64,000 nucleotides of DNA from Moniliella sp. 'wahieum' (Eukaryota), in NCBI GenBank assembly GCA_003971905.1, contig RSEE01000037.1, positions 372,001 to 436,000 on the forward strand, written 5' to 3'. Made by a program: the position numbers and the translations under genes. A model generated the notes under the pieces. It saw only the letters and a program-made list of their open reading frames with translations. It had not been told where the DNA came from and searched no databases. Positions within the stretch are counted from its first letter, which is position 1. Every line of letters starts with the position of its first letter. This document shows positions 42,499-54,961 of the stretch, one piece after another.

Positions 42499-44130
42499 TT
42501 ACATGTTACACCCCACCTGCATCCACTCTCCCGAACGCACTTCTTCCTCCAGCCGCGCCCGCAGGCTCTCCGTCAGCTGCTCCTCATCGGCCCTGCATCG
42601 CGAGCAGGAGCAAGGGCCGAATGCATAGTCCTGCCACAGACGCGCTCGCGCACACGCAGCAGGGCCATCCGCTCCGTTGGCCCCGCATCCGGCGTGGCAA
42701 GCAAGTTGGGAGGCAGATAGGACGCCACCAGTTCCTCTCCTGCCTTGATGGGCCGCAGGGCAAGCACCGTGACCCTTGTTGCAGGCCGCACCGAAGACGT
42801 TCCCTGGGGCAAATGCCGCACCGCCACATTTGGCTCACACGAGTGGTTCAGTTGGCTGTGCACCAGATCTGTACAACCCCACACAGCAAAAGATTAGGAT
42901 CCACCCTGCCAACGGTTCGGACAGCAGGCCGCAGCAGGAGGAACAGTGTACTCACACAAGCTTCCATGGTTCTCCATGTTCACATTCGCCCTCCCCACCA
43001 ATTTATCAAACGAGGTAAAGTTGAGCAAATCCTCTCCAAATCCAGGCGAAAGCGGCTGCAGCGGCCACCATGATGGATTGGGGGCCGACTTTTTCCGCAG
43101 AGGTGTCGGGGTCGAGACGGCGATGGAGCTCGACTCCTTCAAGGCAAGCAACTCGGTTGCCTGGGCCGATGCAGAGGCGCGTGCGTCCGGGTCGGGGTGC
43201 AGGGCAGCCCGAGTCAACACCATGGCCGTTTCCAACAAGGTCCGCCAGGTTTCCACCGACGAATTTTGGACAACAAACGTACTCGCAAGGGAATCGTCGT
43301 TGGGCTTGTGAGACCGACGACCCAGCTCGGACAGGGTAGCCAACGAAGAAAGATGCATACGAACCTCGTCGGTCGAAGCAAAAGGCACGCTGTCTGCTGG
43401 CCCAGCCACAAGGGCGGATTGGGGGCGAGCCGTGTAGGCCTCCGTCGACCGGTCTGCGGAAGAGGGCAGGTGAAGCGAGAGGGGGCGGTGGCCATCGTCC
43501 TTGGCATATGTTTGAAGAATGCGGGCCAAACTGCGAATCGAAGCAAAACCCGCCCCCCAAGTGTGCTGAGCACACAGATCCAAGAGCCTTCCTGCCTCCG
43601 GGTTCACCCCGGCACACAGCAAGGCATGGTGGCTTCGCATACCCCACTCTTGACACGTCGAGCTGCACCAACGGGAACGACAGGTAGTGCCGCGCGAAGT
43701 GCATCCACGGGCGGCCCGCACGGACGACAAGGGCGTAAAGCAGGCATCGCACAGCTCGCCTTTCACCACATGACCTACATATTCACCTGGGGGTTGGGCA
43801 CGTAGGCATCTTCACAGAAGACAATACTGCCCTCTGGAATATCCACAGCGACGGTCAAGCATTTCCCCCGATTCCCGTTGGCTTTTCCAGCATCCTGGGT
43901 CTGCACGTTGGTTGGTAACGCAAGGTGGGTGTCAACCTTGGATGTGGGGATATCCGAACGGGCTTTGGATTTCTTCTTGTTGCTCTTCTTGGGCTTGGGA
44001 GCAGGGACCGCTGTGGGTTCCAAGGTGGAGCTGGCGGACGGACCAACTGCTGGGGGGTGCGATGCGTCCGAGGCAGGGCCGGGGGCATAGTGGACAGAGG
44101 TATGGAGGGGGCAGTGGGCCTTCACCGCCT
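42499..44130 (-). CDS. SET/MYND (SMYD/Set5-like) lysine methyltransferase; frameshifted, start uncertain
   Basis: GKCLTVAVDIPEGSIVFCED; MYND-like CDAC..C..C..WCSSTC..HALLC; HSQLNHSCEPN; LRPIKAGEELVASY; post-SET FGPCSCSRC. Confidence 0.82.
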
Positions 44131-44365
44131 CGGTCTGAAGGGAAGGGAGCGAGGGAGCGGAAAAAAAAAGCGGGCAGGCAAGCGGCGCCCACAGCACCAA
44201 TGTTTCAACATCATCTGACGTAAGGATTCGGCGCAGGGGGCGTGGCGACGCGAACGCGACGGGTGCGGGGTGGCCACGCGTCGCGCGCGAAACCGAAAGG
44301 CGTGGAGCGCCGCCGCTGGGCCCACAGCCGTTTTCGTCCCCACCATCCATCTCTTCTGGCGCGCC

Positions 44366-47300
44366 ATGTCGGGTCTCATGTACGCCTCCTCTTCCAACGC
44401 GGGCGCCGGCCCCGGTGCCAGTACGAGTACGACGCAGCCGCCGAGCGCAGCTTTGTTGCCTTCTTCAACTCCCTTCCTTCCTCCGACGCGGGCCTCGTGC
44501 GTCTCTTTGACCGCGGCACGTTCTACTCGGCCCATGGTGACGATGCAGCGCGCGTCGCCGACAGCGTGTACCGCACCCGCAGTGTTATCAAGCAGCTCAC
44601 CGGCGCCAACAGTGCCCTGCTCCCTAGCGTCACTCTCAACGCCGCTGCAACCAAGAGTTTCCTACGCGACGCGCTCAGTGCCAAGCAAATGCGCGTCGAA
44701 ATCTACTCCAACGGTGGCGGAAAGCGCACTGCAAGTTGGTCTATTACGAAACAAGTATGTGCTGCCTTTTTTCTTGCTGTATCTGCCCCACTCACACTTC
44801 ATTGGTTCAAAGGCGTCTCCAGGGAACTTGCAAGAGGTCGAGGACCTGCTCTTTGCCAACAGCGACATGCTCGTTTCTCCCCTCGTTGTCGCATTCAAGA
44901 TCAAGACGATCAAGGGTGCCATCCATGTCGGTGCCGCATTTGCTGATGCGACCAATCGCCAGCTGGGTGTGGCCGAGTATGTTGACAATGAGCTGTTCAG
45001 TAACACCGAGGTGCGTCCCCGTCTCGCGCATGACCTGATCCCTCCCCCTGCTGACCCCTGCGCCCCTCGCCGCAGTCTCTGCTAATCCAAGTCGGGGCCA
45101 AAGAATGCATCTTGCCAGAGGACAAGAAGGACAGCGATGCTGAACTCCAGAAGCTGCGGGCCGTCGTGGAACGCTCCGACTTGGTTGTCACCCCAGTGAA
45201 ACGGGGAAGCTTTGACGACAAGGAAATCGATCTGGATCTTGGTCGCCTGCTCCGCGCCTCGAGATCGAACAGCGGGGACGTCAGTATGGCCGATGCCGCC
45301 GAGACTGGAACTGGGACCGGCGTATCTGCGCTTCCCGAGAGTGAACTCCGTCTGGCTATGGGCTCTCTCGCAGCTCTCATCTCTTACCTGCACCTTACCG
45401 GTGACGATGCCAATTTTGGCGCATTTACGCTGGCCACTCACGACCTGGGCCAGTACCTGCGCTTGGATGCATCTGCCATTCGCGCGCTGGGTCTGTTCCC
45501 TGATCCCTCGAGGGTGGTGGATCCAACCGCAATGCCAGTCTCTTTGGATTGCTCAACAAGTGCCGGACGGCCCAAGGAACGCGTCTGCTGGCCCAGTGGA
45601 TCAAACAGCCACTGCGCAACCTCCACGCCATTAAAGAGCGCCAAGATCTTGTTGAGCTGTTTCTCGACGATGTCAGTCTGCGTTCTTCGCTGCAAGACGA
45701 GTTTCTCAAGGTCATGCCGGATCTTCAGCGCCTGAGCAAACGTCTCCAGCGCGGCGTGGCCAGCCTGGAGGATGTGGTTCGGATCTACCAGCTGCCCTTC
45801 GCCTTCCTGGTATGATTGAGAAGCTGGTCGATGCTCGTGCCACCTCCACGTTTGACCTCCCTGCGGGAGAGACGAGCGCGGTGGCCTCTACGTTGGACCG
45901 TCTGCTCCTCACGGGGCTCGAACAGGGATCGAAAGCGTTGGAGAATTTGGTCGCGATGGTGGAGGAGGTGCTGGACTTGGATGAGTTGGCCAACCACTCT
46001 TTCGTCATCAAGCCAGCCTTCGATGCGACCCTGACCGAGATCCGCCAGCAACTGGATCAAGTGCGAGATGGGCTGGAGGCAGAACACAAAGCTGCCGCGC
46101 GGGAGTTGGGACTGGAGATGGGCAAGAAGCTGCACTTGGAGCTTCACTCGACCTATGGGCATGTATTCCGTGTTACGCGAACTGAGGCCAAGGCGTTGCG
46201 CACTGCAACCAAGAACAAGTATCACGAAGTATCCACCCAGAAGAACGGCACCTACTTCCGTACCTCGTCGTTGAAGGAGCTCAGTGACGACTTTGCCGAG
46301 CAGACGGCCGCCTACGAACAACACCAGCGGGGAGTAGTCACCGAGATTATTGCGACAGCGGCGACGTACTGCGCTACGCTGGAGCAACTCAACGTAGTGA
46401 TCGCACCCTCGACGTGCTGTTGGCCTTTGCATATGTGTCAGGCTCAGCACCCGATCCGTATGTCAAGCCCCAGCTCCTGGTCGACGAGGACGTACCCATG
46501 GACGAGACGCATGAAGGCGAAGGTGCCCCGCCAGCCAAACCATCCACCGCGCCTCTACGCTTGACCAAGGCTCGGCATGCATGCGTGGAAGCTTCGGATG
46601 ACATTACCTTTATCGCCAATGACGTGGACTTGGTTCCAGGGAGAGTGAATTTGCCATCATTACGGGTCCCAACATGGGTGGCAAGAGTACCTTTATCCGT
46701 ATGGTGGGTGTCATTGCCGTTTTGGCCCAGATTGGCTGCTTTGTCCCAGCGTCGGCATCGGAAGATGGACGTGCGCCGCAGGTGCCAGTGTTCGATGCAG
46801 TCCTATGTCGTGTGGGGGCGGGCGATAACCAGACGAAGGGTGTGTCAACCTTTATGGCGGAAATGCTTGAAACGGCCACCATTCTCCGCACCGCCACGCG
46901 CGACAGCCTGATCATCATTGACGAGCTCGGCCGAGGAACGTCGACGTACGATGGATTCGGTTTGGCCTGGGCCATCAGTCACCACATTGCCACCAACATT
47001 CGGGCAAAGTGCCTGTTTGCCACCCACTTCCATGAGCTCACCACATTAGCCAACCAACTTCCTTATGTGCGCAACTTGCATGTTGTCGCGCACGTGGAAG
47101 GGGGCGGACCCAGGATGGAAAGCCTCTGACGAGAGACTCGATCACTTTGCTGTACCAAGTCGCCCCAGGCGTGGGCGATCAGAGCTTTGGTATTCATGTT
47201 GCCGAATTGGCCCATTTCCCTCCGTCCATCATCCGCCTGGCCAAGCGCAAGGTGGAGGAACTCGAAGGTCCTGAGGGGCAAGGGGATGGAGTGCCCGCGC

Positions 47301-47526
47301 CGGTGGCCCAAGATGAAGAGGCTGGTGCTGGGATCGTGGAAGAGTTTATGGCGGAGTGGGCGCGTCGGTCAGCAAGTGTCAAACGGCTCCGCCTGGAACA
47401 AGGAACGGAGGAGGATAAGGCAGAAGAAGCGACCAAGCAAAAACAGCTGTTGCAACAAATGGTTGAGGAGTGGAAGGACAAGTTTGAGGGCAATGCTTGG
47501 GTCCGCAATGTTTGGCGTCGTTTTGA
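44366..47526 (+). CDS. MSH2: DNA mismatch repair protein Msh2; spliced and frameshifted
   Basis: [19 protein letters not shown], intron 44755-44812, [20 protein letters not shown], intron 45011-45075, [62 protein letters not shown]. Confidence 0.95.
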
Positions 47527-47896
47527 TCGATCCCATTCGTCAATCAAGCTCAAATCGTCTCTCCTTCTCCTCTCCCCTCACACTGACTTGTTCTGTCGCG
47601 CCCATGTGTTCGAATGCCCAAAGCCAACCCACTCTAAACCCTTGGCCAGCATGACACGCATGCCAACGCGTTTTCGCAGCTTTTCTGTTGAATACATTTG
47701 CCAGTTTTGGTTTTGTCAAAGAGCTTCACCTGCAAAGCTCTCTCGCTGCATACTAGCTGTGAGGCTTGAAGCCAGTGGATATAGCCTGCTCCTTCGGCCT
47801 TCGTCAACTGCTAGACTTGCGTCGACAAAACGTGGTAACTGCCAATACGATCGTGCAACGGAGGTAACAAAAAGCGACGCAAAAATCACTAAAAAG

Positions 47897-47990
47897 TGGT
47901 CAATATGAGGCTTGAACTCATGACCTTGGCATCACCAACTCCCTTGAGGATGTATTAGTACCACGCTCTGACCAACTGAGCTAATCGACC
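47897..47990 (-). tRNA. tRNA-Ile(AAT) with ~20-nt intron
   Basis: Minus strand reads GGTCGAT-TAGCTCAGTTGGTCAGAGC-G-TGGTA-CT-AAT-A..A-TGCCA-AGGTC-ATGAG-TTCAAGC-CTCAT-ATTGACC-A, followed by a T-run. Confidence 0.95.
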
Positions 47991-48781
47991 AATGCGTCCT
48001 TTAAACCCGCGGAGACAAACTTGCAGCCCCAGTAGCCCGCTCTAGTCTTCCACAAGAATCTCATGCGATACTTTATAGATGTCTTCGCCATTGCCCACTT
48101 TGGGTACTGCACCATGAACCTTTAGAGGTAAGGACGAATGCGTTTTGCCTAGTTGTTTTTACCCTACTATACAGAAGTGGGCGCGGTGTGTTGTGGTGAA
48201 AACGATGGATCTGTGGGCGAGACGAAACGCACGCTAAACAATGGGCGATTGCGGACGTATGTGTCATCATCGACGCGAGGGAAAGACGGATGTGGAGGGC
48301 GTGCAACAAGGCTACTAGCCACTGGACTGACTCTGGCCGGTCGAAGACACATCCAATCAGACGCCTACAGTAACTGAATGTAGATAGCTTGGATAATCGA
48401 TAACGCCCACACTTTGCTTCACAAACCGTCCCAGGGTTCCACGAGTGCTAACAACGGAACAGGCTCCAAGCAATGCAATGCCGTATCGTACAATGGCTCT
48501 ATGCGCGACAGACAAGATCACAGCAACGCGTGTAGTGATCCGCGGGGAAATCAAATTCGAGTGCTGCGTCAAAGCAGCTGGAGTTCTGGTAGTCGTTCAG
48601 TCGGAGCAAAGAGAGGGATGGCAGGAAGAATTGTGGCTCGAGGAAGGCGTGCAAGAATGAGGACAGAAGAGTGATCTGTGATAAAATGATTTAGAGAGGC
48701 ACACCTGCCTACCCGGGTCAGACCCCAACATGTATGCACCACATGGCCGGGGATGATCGATGACCTCTAACATTTCCGACT

Positions 48782-49735
48782 TTACAGACCGTAGCCAGCA
48801 ATGACATCCTCGAATGTGGGCTTCAAAGAGTCCGCGTCGGAGCTGGAGTGGCGTCGGAGGCCGGAAGAGCAGAAGCTGCCGCTTTCTTGTGTCCTACTTC
48901 GACCAAGCCGCCAATGATGAGGGTGCGGAGGGCGGCCCAGTTAGCTGGAAAAAGATAAGGAACATGGTAAGGCCTTCTGCACAACATGAATAGGGAAAGA
49001 AATGCAAGAACATACCCCTTGAGGTGCAGTTGGCGCGTCCGCCTTGGCGGCTGCAGGTGCGGCGGGCACGTTCGGTGTAGCAGGGCTGGCCCCACCACCA
49101 TACGGGTAGCCACACCGCCGTGGGGAGGGGTATACGTGCCCGTGGGTGACGAGGCTTCTCCAACGTACGCAAGTACATCTCCCTTTGTCAAATGGCCATG
49201 AAGCCCCGTCCCCTTGATCTTGGGTCGTCAATATGCTTTTCGATGAGAAGACGAGCGACCGATGGCATATACGGCCCACCAACTGGCGAGTGCTCCTCGT
49301 CTCCTTAGCAGCAGGTGGCGCTGGGGAGGGAGGAGCGGGCGTTTCAGCAGAAGGGGGCGGCGGGTGTGGACCTTCATCCTTTGGAATCTCAATGTTGGAC
49401 AGGTCGTCTCCCTCTTCGGCAAGGAGAGCAATGGTTTGTCCGACCGGCACATCCTTGCTCCCGTTGGGAACAAGAATCTTGGCCAGAACACCATCCTCGG
49501 GCGCCTCAACGTCCATGGTGGCTTTGTCAGTCTCAATATCAAGCAGGACGTCGCCCTGGGAGTAAGACTGGCCCTCCTTGACCTTCCACTCTGCCAGACC
49601 GCCCTCGGTCATGGTCGGGCTCATGGCCGGCATAGCCATCTTGGTAATGGCTGCGCGCACCGCGGCTGCGTGAAATGCACGGGTGGCGATGCGTGGGGCC
49701 AAAGAGAGGCTGATGGCAGTGCGGGCAGCCAGCAT
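48782..49735 (-). CDS. PDX1: Pyruvate dehydrogenase protein X (E3-binding)-like lipoyl-domain protein; spliced and frameshifted
   Basis: Mitochondrial presequence MLAARTAISL..RAFHAAAVR; lipoyl domain MPAMSPTMTEG..IETDKATMDVEA; peripheral-subunit-binding TKGDVLAY; intron 49015-48945. Confidence 0.8.
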
Positions 49736-50069
49736 TGGATCGATGGAAGGGGACGCGCAGGAAGAAGGGTGGTGGTGGTAATGGGGGGATGGGGCGAGTT
49801 GTGCGCACGGATCACCCACTGCCCCCACCCCCACCCTCTCGGCGTCGACTGCGACCAGCCACAGCCTGCCACAGCACTGGCGAGCCGTTGCGCCCAACGA
49901 GCGCCTGCGCCTCAGCTTTCCGCCCCGTGCGGTTACTAATTAAATGCAGCCGGCGGAAGTTACATAACCCAGCCTCACAGTAGTCCAGTGCCTGGGGGCG
50001 CTAGGGCGCTGTGACATGTGACGGGGTGGAGTTGATTTCCGTACCAAGTTGTCCGGTTGGATAGACAGA

Positions 50070-51451
50070 TGTTGGCCTAGGGAGCCGGAGGCGGCAGAAG
50101 GATGAGGAGAAGGTGATGGATTGGAGCCAGAGTTGGGTCTGGGTACAGAGGCATATATAGGAGGCTGGACTAGGCACAGGGACAGTGAGTCACACAGGAG
50201 AGAGTGCAGGGCACAGGGACAGTGACACGCAGGGACGTCAGCGTGGAAGCCGATGGAACCGAGGCGAACCTGGTCTACCGACTGGGAGCCAGAGGATCAC
50301 AGTCAACACCCCCGCTGGCCAGGGAACCCGGAGACATCGGTGTGGGATGAGCTCCTGCCAGTGGATGTAGAGGGAGGACTTGAGTGGCAACCGGGACGAA
50401 TGGCCTGGAGTTGTGCATGGCCACACGACTGGCCTAACCCCCGCTGTCCAGGATGACACCTGAACGAGCCGAGCGCTTGTGGTTGGTGTATTGTGCGACC
50501 GCCAGATGCTTGTAGAAGTCTTAGAAGTAAAGTAGTAGGGGTTGCGCCCCGAAGCGATTTGGTGGGCAAAAGTAAAAAGCACCAGTTATAGGTGTAGTGA
50601 AAGAAAATTGGAAACTTGGAGTAATGCGGTCCAAGGTCGTTGGCATCAAATTGGATGCGTTTGGTAGTTGTTTGGTTCCGCATGCCTGGTGCCAGTGGGG
50701 TCCATTGGGCATGGGAAATGAACGGGCGCTATGCGTCAACCGTCTTGATCTGTTTGGGTTTCTTTGTTGTTGAAAAAGAGGAGTGGAAGAAGTTGGGTGA
50801 CACCCCCCCCCATCCTTTCCCAGGTGCCCCGGATGAATTGGCAATCCGGGGCGTGTAGCCGTGGGTGGGGCACTTGATGAGCAGCACACCCCCGCTTTCT
50901 GCGATTCGCCTGCGCCGTTTTGTCGTTGGAGAATTTCGTCTCGTTGACGATACCCGACACGTTTTGTTCCGTCGTGTGTTGTCCCTAAAAATCATTGCCC
51001 CATCTGTGGGGACGAGTGTGCCGATGTGGCGGTAGTATGCCGATGTGGCGGTAGTATGCCGATTGTGGCGGTAAGGTGCCGATTGTGGGGGTGGTGTTGT
51101 TGGGCGGGAGGACGGGTGTGTCTTGTGGGCTTGGCGGCTTAGCTTGGGCTGTAGGCTTGGGGGTGGGCTTGCTTGAAGAGCGCTCCCCTTCGGGGGGATC
51201 AGATTGTAGTTGTTGGCCTAGGGAGCCGGACGGGCAGAAGGATGAGGAGAAGGTGATGGATTGGAGCCAGAGTGGGTCTGGGTACAGAGGCATCTATATA
51301 GGAGGCTGGACTAGGCACAGGGACAGTGAGTCACACAGGAGAAGAGTGCAGGGCACAGGGACAGTGACACGCAGGGACGTCAGCGTGGAAGCCGATGGAA
51401 CCGAGGCGAACCTGGTTCTACCGACTGGGAGCCAGAGGATCACAGTCAACA
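50070..51451 (-). mobile_element. Non-autonomous LTR retroelement (TRIM-like), 1382 bp
   Basis: Near-identical LTRs 50070-50308 and 51211-51451, each TGTTG...CAACA; perfect 5-bp TSD ACAGA (50065-50069, 51452-51456); minus-strand purine run AGCGGGGG abuts the left LTR; no RT/integrase ORF. Confidence 0.93.
51016..51090. repeat. Four 19-20-bp tandem repeats inside the LTR element
   Basis: GCCGATGTGGCGGTAGTAT x2, GCCGATTGTGGCGGTAAGGT, GCCGATTGTGG. Confidence 0.85.
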
Positions 51452-51809
51452 ACAGATTTCCTCCCCCGCGTCTTATCCATTGTCGACCTTGAATCGTTGG
51501 CTCCTTTGGGCCTTCTTCGTCCCCTGCCAGCTGCTAACGTTGTGGCTTCGCTCAGATGATGGCACTTTCCATGTCGCTCGTGTCCCGCCTAGCTGCCTCT
51601 TCGGGCTTTGAATATGCGCCGTTACACAAGCTAACGAGATGCCGTGGCGAGGTGGTTCGGCATCGGAGGTGAAATGTTCATTTTCGGTGAATCCGAAGTG
51701 GTATTTCTGAACAGGACTTTTTTTCGTGTCCCGCTCATATAAACTCGTTTCCGATGACTTGCGTGCTGTCGTCGCCACCATCTCCACAACCCTGTCCGGT
51801 TCCCCAGCC

Positions 51810-52483
51810 ATGTCTGCACCGACGCGCAAATTCGCCAGGCCACCATCCAGTGTGTGACGGGGGGGGAGACCAGCATTGATCTCACCCTCGCTCTCGACAC
51901 ATCCCTGCTCGCCCCAGACCATCTCTATTGCCACCGGAATCGGGTTCTTGGACCACATGCTCACTGCGCTCGCCAAACATGGCGGCATGTCCCTGACGCT
52001 GAAATGCAAGGGAGACCTGTGGGTTGACGACCACCACACTGCGGAGGACTGCGCAATTGCGTTGGGGCGAGGCGTTCAAAAGGCTCTCGGACTGTGCGCG
52101 GCATTGCTCGCTACGGCACGGCTTTGCCCCGCTTGACGAGGCGCTTTCCAGGGCGGTGCTGGACATTTCCGGGCGCGGATACTGTGTGTACGGACCTGCA
52201 CCTTCAGGGGAAAAGATTGGTGATCTGTCGACTGAGATGATCCCGCACGTGTTCCACTCGTTTGCAACAGCAGCACATGTGACCCTTCATGTGGAGTGTT
52301 GCGCGGGGAGAATGATCACCACCGTGCCGAATCGGCCTTCAAGGCAACTTGCGTGGCCATCAAGCAGGCCACCGCTCGCACTGGATCAACTGATGTTCCC
52401 AGCACTAAGGGTATGTATGCGCGCTTCGAGTTTCTTCATTCCCTCGAGCCGATGCTGACACTTGTGCTGTAGGTGTGCTATGA
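51810..52483 (+). CDS. HIS3: Imidazoleglycerol-phosphate dehydratase; spliced and frameshifted
   Basis: [72 protein letters not shown], intron 52411-52472, GVL*. Confidence 0.95.
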
Positions 52484-53074
52484 GCCTGGCAAGTGAATGG
52501 TTGTTGTTGGGGGGGGGGGGGGGCAGCACCGACGTGGTGGGCGTTATTTACGTCGATCTGCTTCTGCTTTACGCCAAAATATGAGCCCCATAAGTCAAGG
52601 ATACTCATTCCATCTGTTCTTTTGGCAGTTCGCGTTTGTTATCATGCAAGACGAGATGCTTCGCCGCCATTCAGCGCCTGGTATAAATGACGAGGGAAGC
52701 AGTGGCTCAACAAGTGTAACCAATGACAGCAATTTACACGGGGGCTCATAAAAAGAACGCTTCAAAGGAGGAAACGATGAAGGTGGGGAGGGCAGGGTAT
52801 GGTGTTCATGCACTCATGGGTCAAAAGGCGAAGGCAGCCCCACTAGGTACTCATCGTACCCTCTGGTACCAACCAGGAGCCAAGAGCCCTAACGGTTATT
52901 ATTGCGAATAGCTCATGTGCATCAACATCCGCTTCTGAACGACAGAGCCAAGACACAGTCAGTACCTTGGGCCAGAGCAAAACAGAGGACAAGACATACT
53001 GGGGTCCGACATAGATGGGTGCTGGCGGCAAAGCCGATGGGGGGCTGGACATTGTTCGTCTGGCCTGTAGTGTC

Positions 53075-53980
53075 TTATGGGAAGCATGTAGAAGCAAAAG
53101 GCAGGGACGAAGAGGAATTAGACGTTGGTGAGGGGGCCAGTGAGGAGGGGGGAATCAAGTCTTGGCTTAAGTGGTTGTTGTCTGGGTGCGGGGTCATGCC
53201 AATTGAAGAAGAGGTTCCGGGGGAAGACAGATGGCAGGGCGTAACCTCGCCAAAACTTCTCGGTGGTGGTTGGGACCAGGGATGAAGGTGATGTCCTCGC
53301 CCGTCCTGGGGAGAGGCCGGGTTGTAGGGAGAAGGAGTGGCGGCAGGAGTGGCGAGCGCAGCCGAAGCGGCCGGTCTGGAGAGGGTGGACCTGGAAGCTC
53401 GGGTTGGGCCCCCACTGTGGACTGCAGGGCTAGAATATGCATCTTCTTCGTGCAGGGCATGCAAGAGGTATAAACATTCGTCCAAGCGCGCCAAGGACCA
53501 GGGCGTAACGCCATCGGTTGGGTCCATCGGGTGGAGAAAAGGTGAATGGAGAGGGGTGGGGGCACACTGCGCGCCGCGATGCAAACGCTTGCCAAGCGGG
53601 AGAGAAGCAATCGAGTCGAGGGATAGGCCCGTGGAAGTGGCGCCACATCCCTCCGTGTCGACCTCGCCGAAGCCCCGCTTGCGTGCAGGAACGGGGGTTG
53701 GGGCGGGAGGTACCTGGTGCGGGATCATTGGTACCTGGGAGCGGGAGAGAGAGGGAGTGGGAGTGGGGGCCGGAGAGGGTGCAGGTGCAGGAGGAGCAAA
53801 CGCTGCGGCTGCGAGACGATGGCACCGTGCAGACAAAAAAGAGGTGGCAGTGTGGATGCAGTGGGGTTGGGCCGGGCGGGGTGGGCCTGGTGGCTCGTGT
53901 TGGGGAGGGGGCAGGAGAGATGGAGGGGTGGTGGGGAGCCGATGGGGTCAGTCCGCCTGCTGCTGCCTTTGCATCATGGT
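53075..53980 (-). CDS. Hypothetical Pro/Ser-rich protein; boundaries uncertain
   Basis: 253-codon minus-strand ORF with RKRGFGEVD and LGKRLHRG basic motifs; no domain recognised. Confidence 0.4.
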
Positions 53981-54961
53981 ACTGCTGGTACCCCCCGCGC
54001 TAGCAGCATGCCCCACCCACCATGAGTTCATGCCGTTCAACATTCATGCATCATGGCTGCGTATCGGACTAGGATGCTCACTAGTCACTAGTCACTGCGC
54101 TGACGCTCACGACAGCGTCACTGCTAGTACTCACTAGTCAGATGGCCAGCACTCCTCTCGTCGCTCCGTCTCATTGATACGTCCACGCTGGGGCGACATG
54201 AGTCGATGATTTGGATGCTCAATCAGTAATCAGCGACATTGGCAAACCTGGTGGGGATGGTCGATGGGCTGGATGGGCACGATGGCCTGGGAGGGCTTCG
54301 GAGTGAAGCAGCGCGGTGATCGGTGATCGGTGATTGAGCGCTGACGTTTCAAACCCAGCAGGTCTGTACTGGCCTAGTGCTCCTGAACAGAGGCACGGAG
54401 AGTTTGTATTTCATTTGTGAGCGCGCTGAGCCTCCGCGCTGAGATGCGGCCAACGCCACGTGCAGGTGACCTTGAGATACCAGGTGTGGCACGTGACTGT
54501 CACGGGACCCCATGCTGGCGCTGCTTGCGCTGGCACTTGTGGATGCCATGCGCCGTGCCGCGTCGTTTGACATTTGGGCGCCGCTTCGTTTGAAATTGGA
54601 TCGAGGTTTGCCGTCTGGAAATTTGACCGGGTAGTACGGCAGGGCGCATGCTCTGCACCATGCACCGGTCGCCTGGACTCGCTACCCAGCCAGTCTCTCT
54701 GCGCTCGTTCTCGCGTCACGCGTCATCGATCATCGATCATCTCCGAAGCGCAGAAACCCAACACGCATATTCACCGCTCCACAGACACGGAACGCTGCAA
54801 TGCAGAGTTGCAGGGGGGCACAGCCTATTAGCCGGTTTGAAGCAACGCTCGGTCCATTCATGCCATCCATACACAGATCCACACCTCAATCGTTTCGCCC
54901 CATCGCGCATAGTTTGGCCAACAATCACCGGGCCTACCGCCGGGTCTGGCGGGGTCTGGCT

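Noticed and set aside
50820..50900. Cys/His spacing inside the LTR element as a Gag zinc knuckle
   Set aside because: It does not fit CX2CX4HX4C in any single frame and there is no long ORF.
51203..51212. 10-nt match (ATTGTAGTTG) between the LTR-adjacent sequence and the D arm of the tRNA-Gln in this window, as a possible PBS
   Set aside because: It is not the tRNA 3' end or anticodon-half end, and only 8 nt lie outside the LTR; probably chance.
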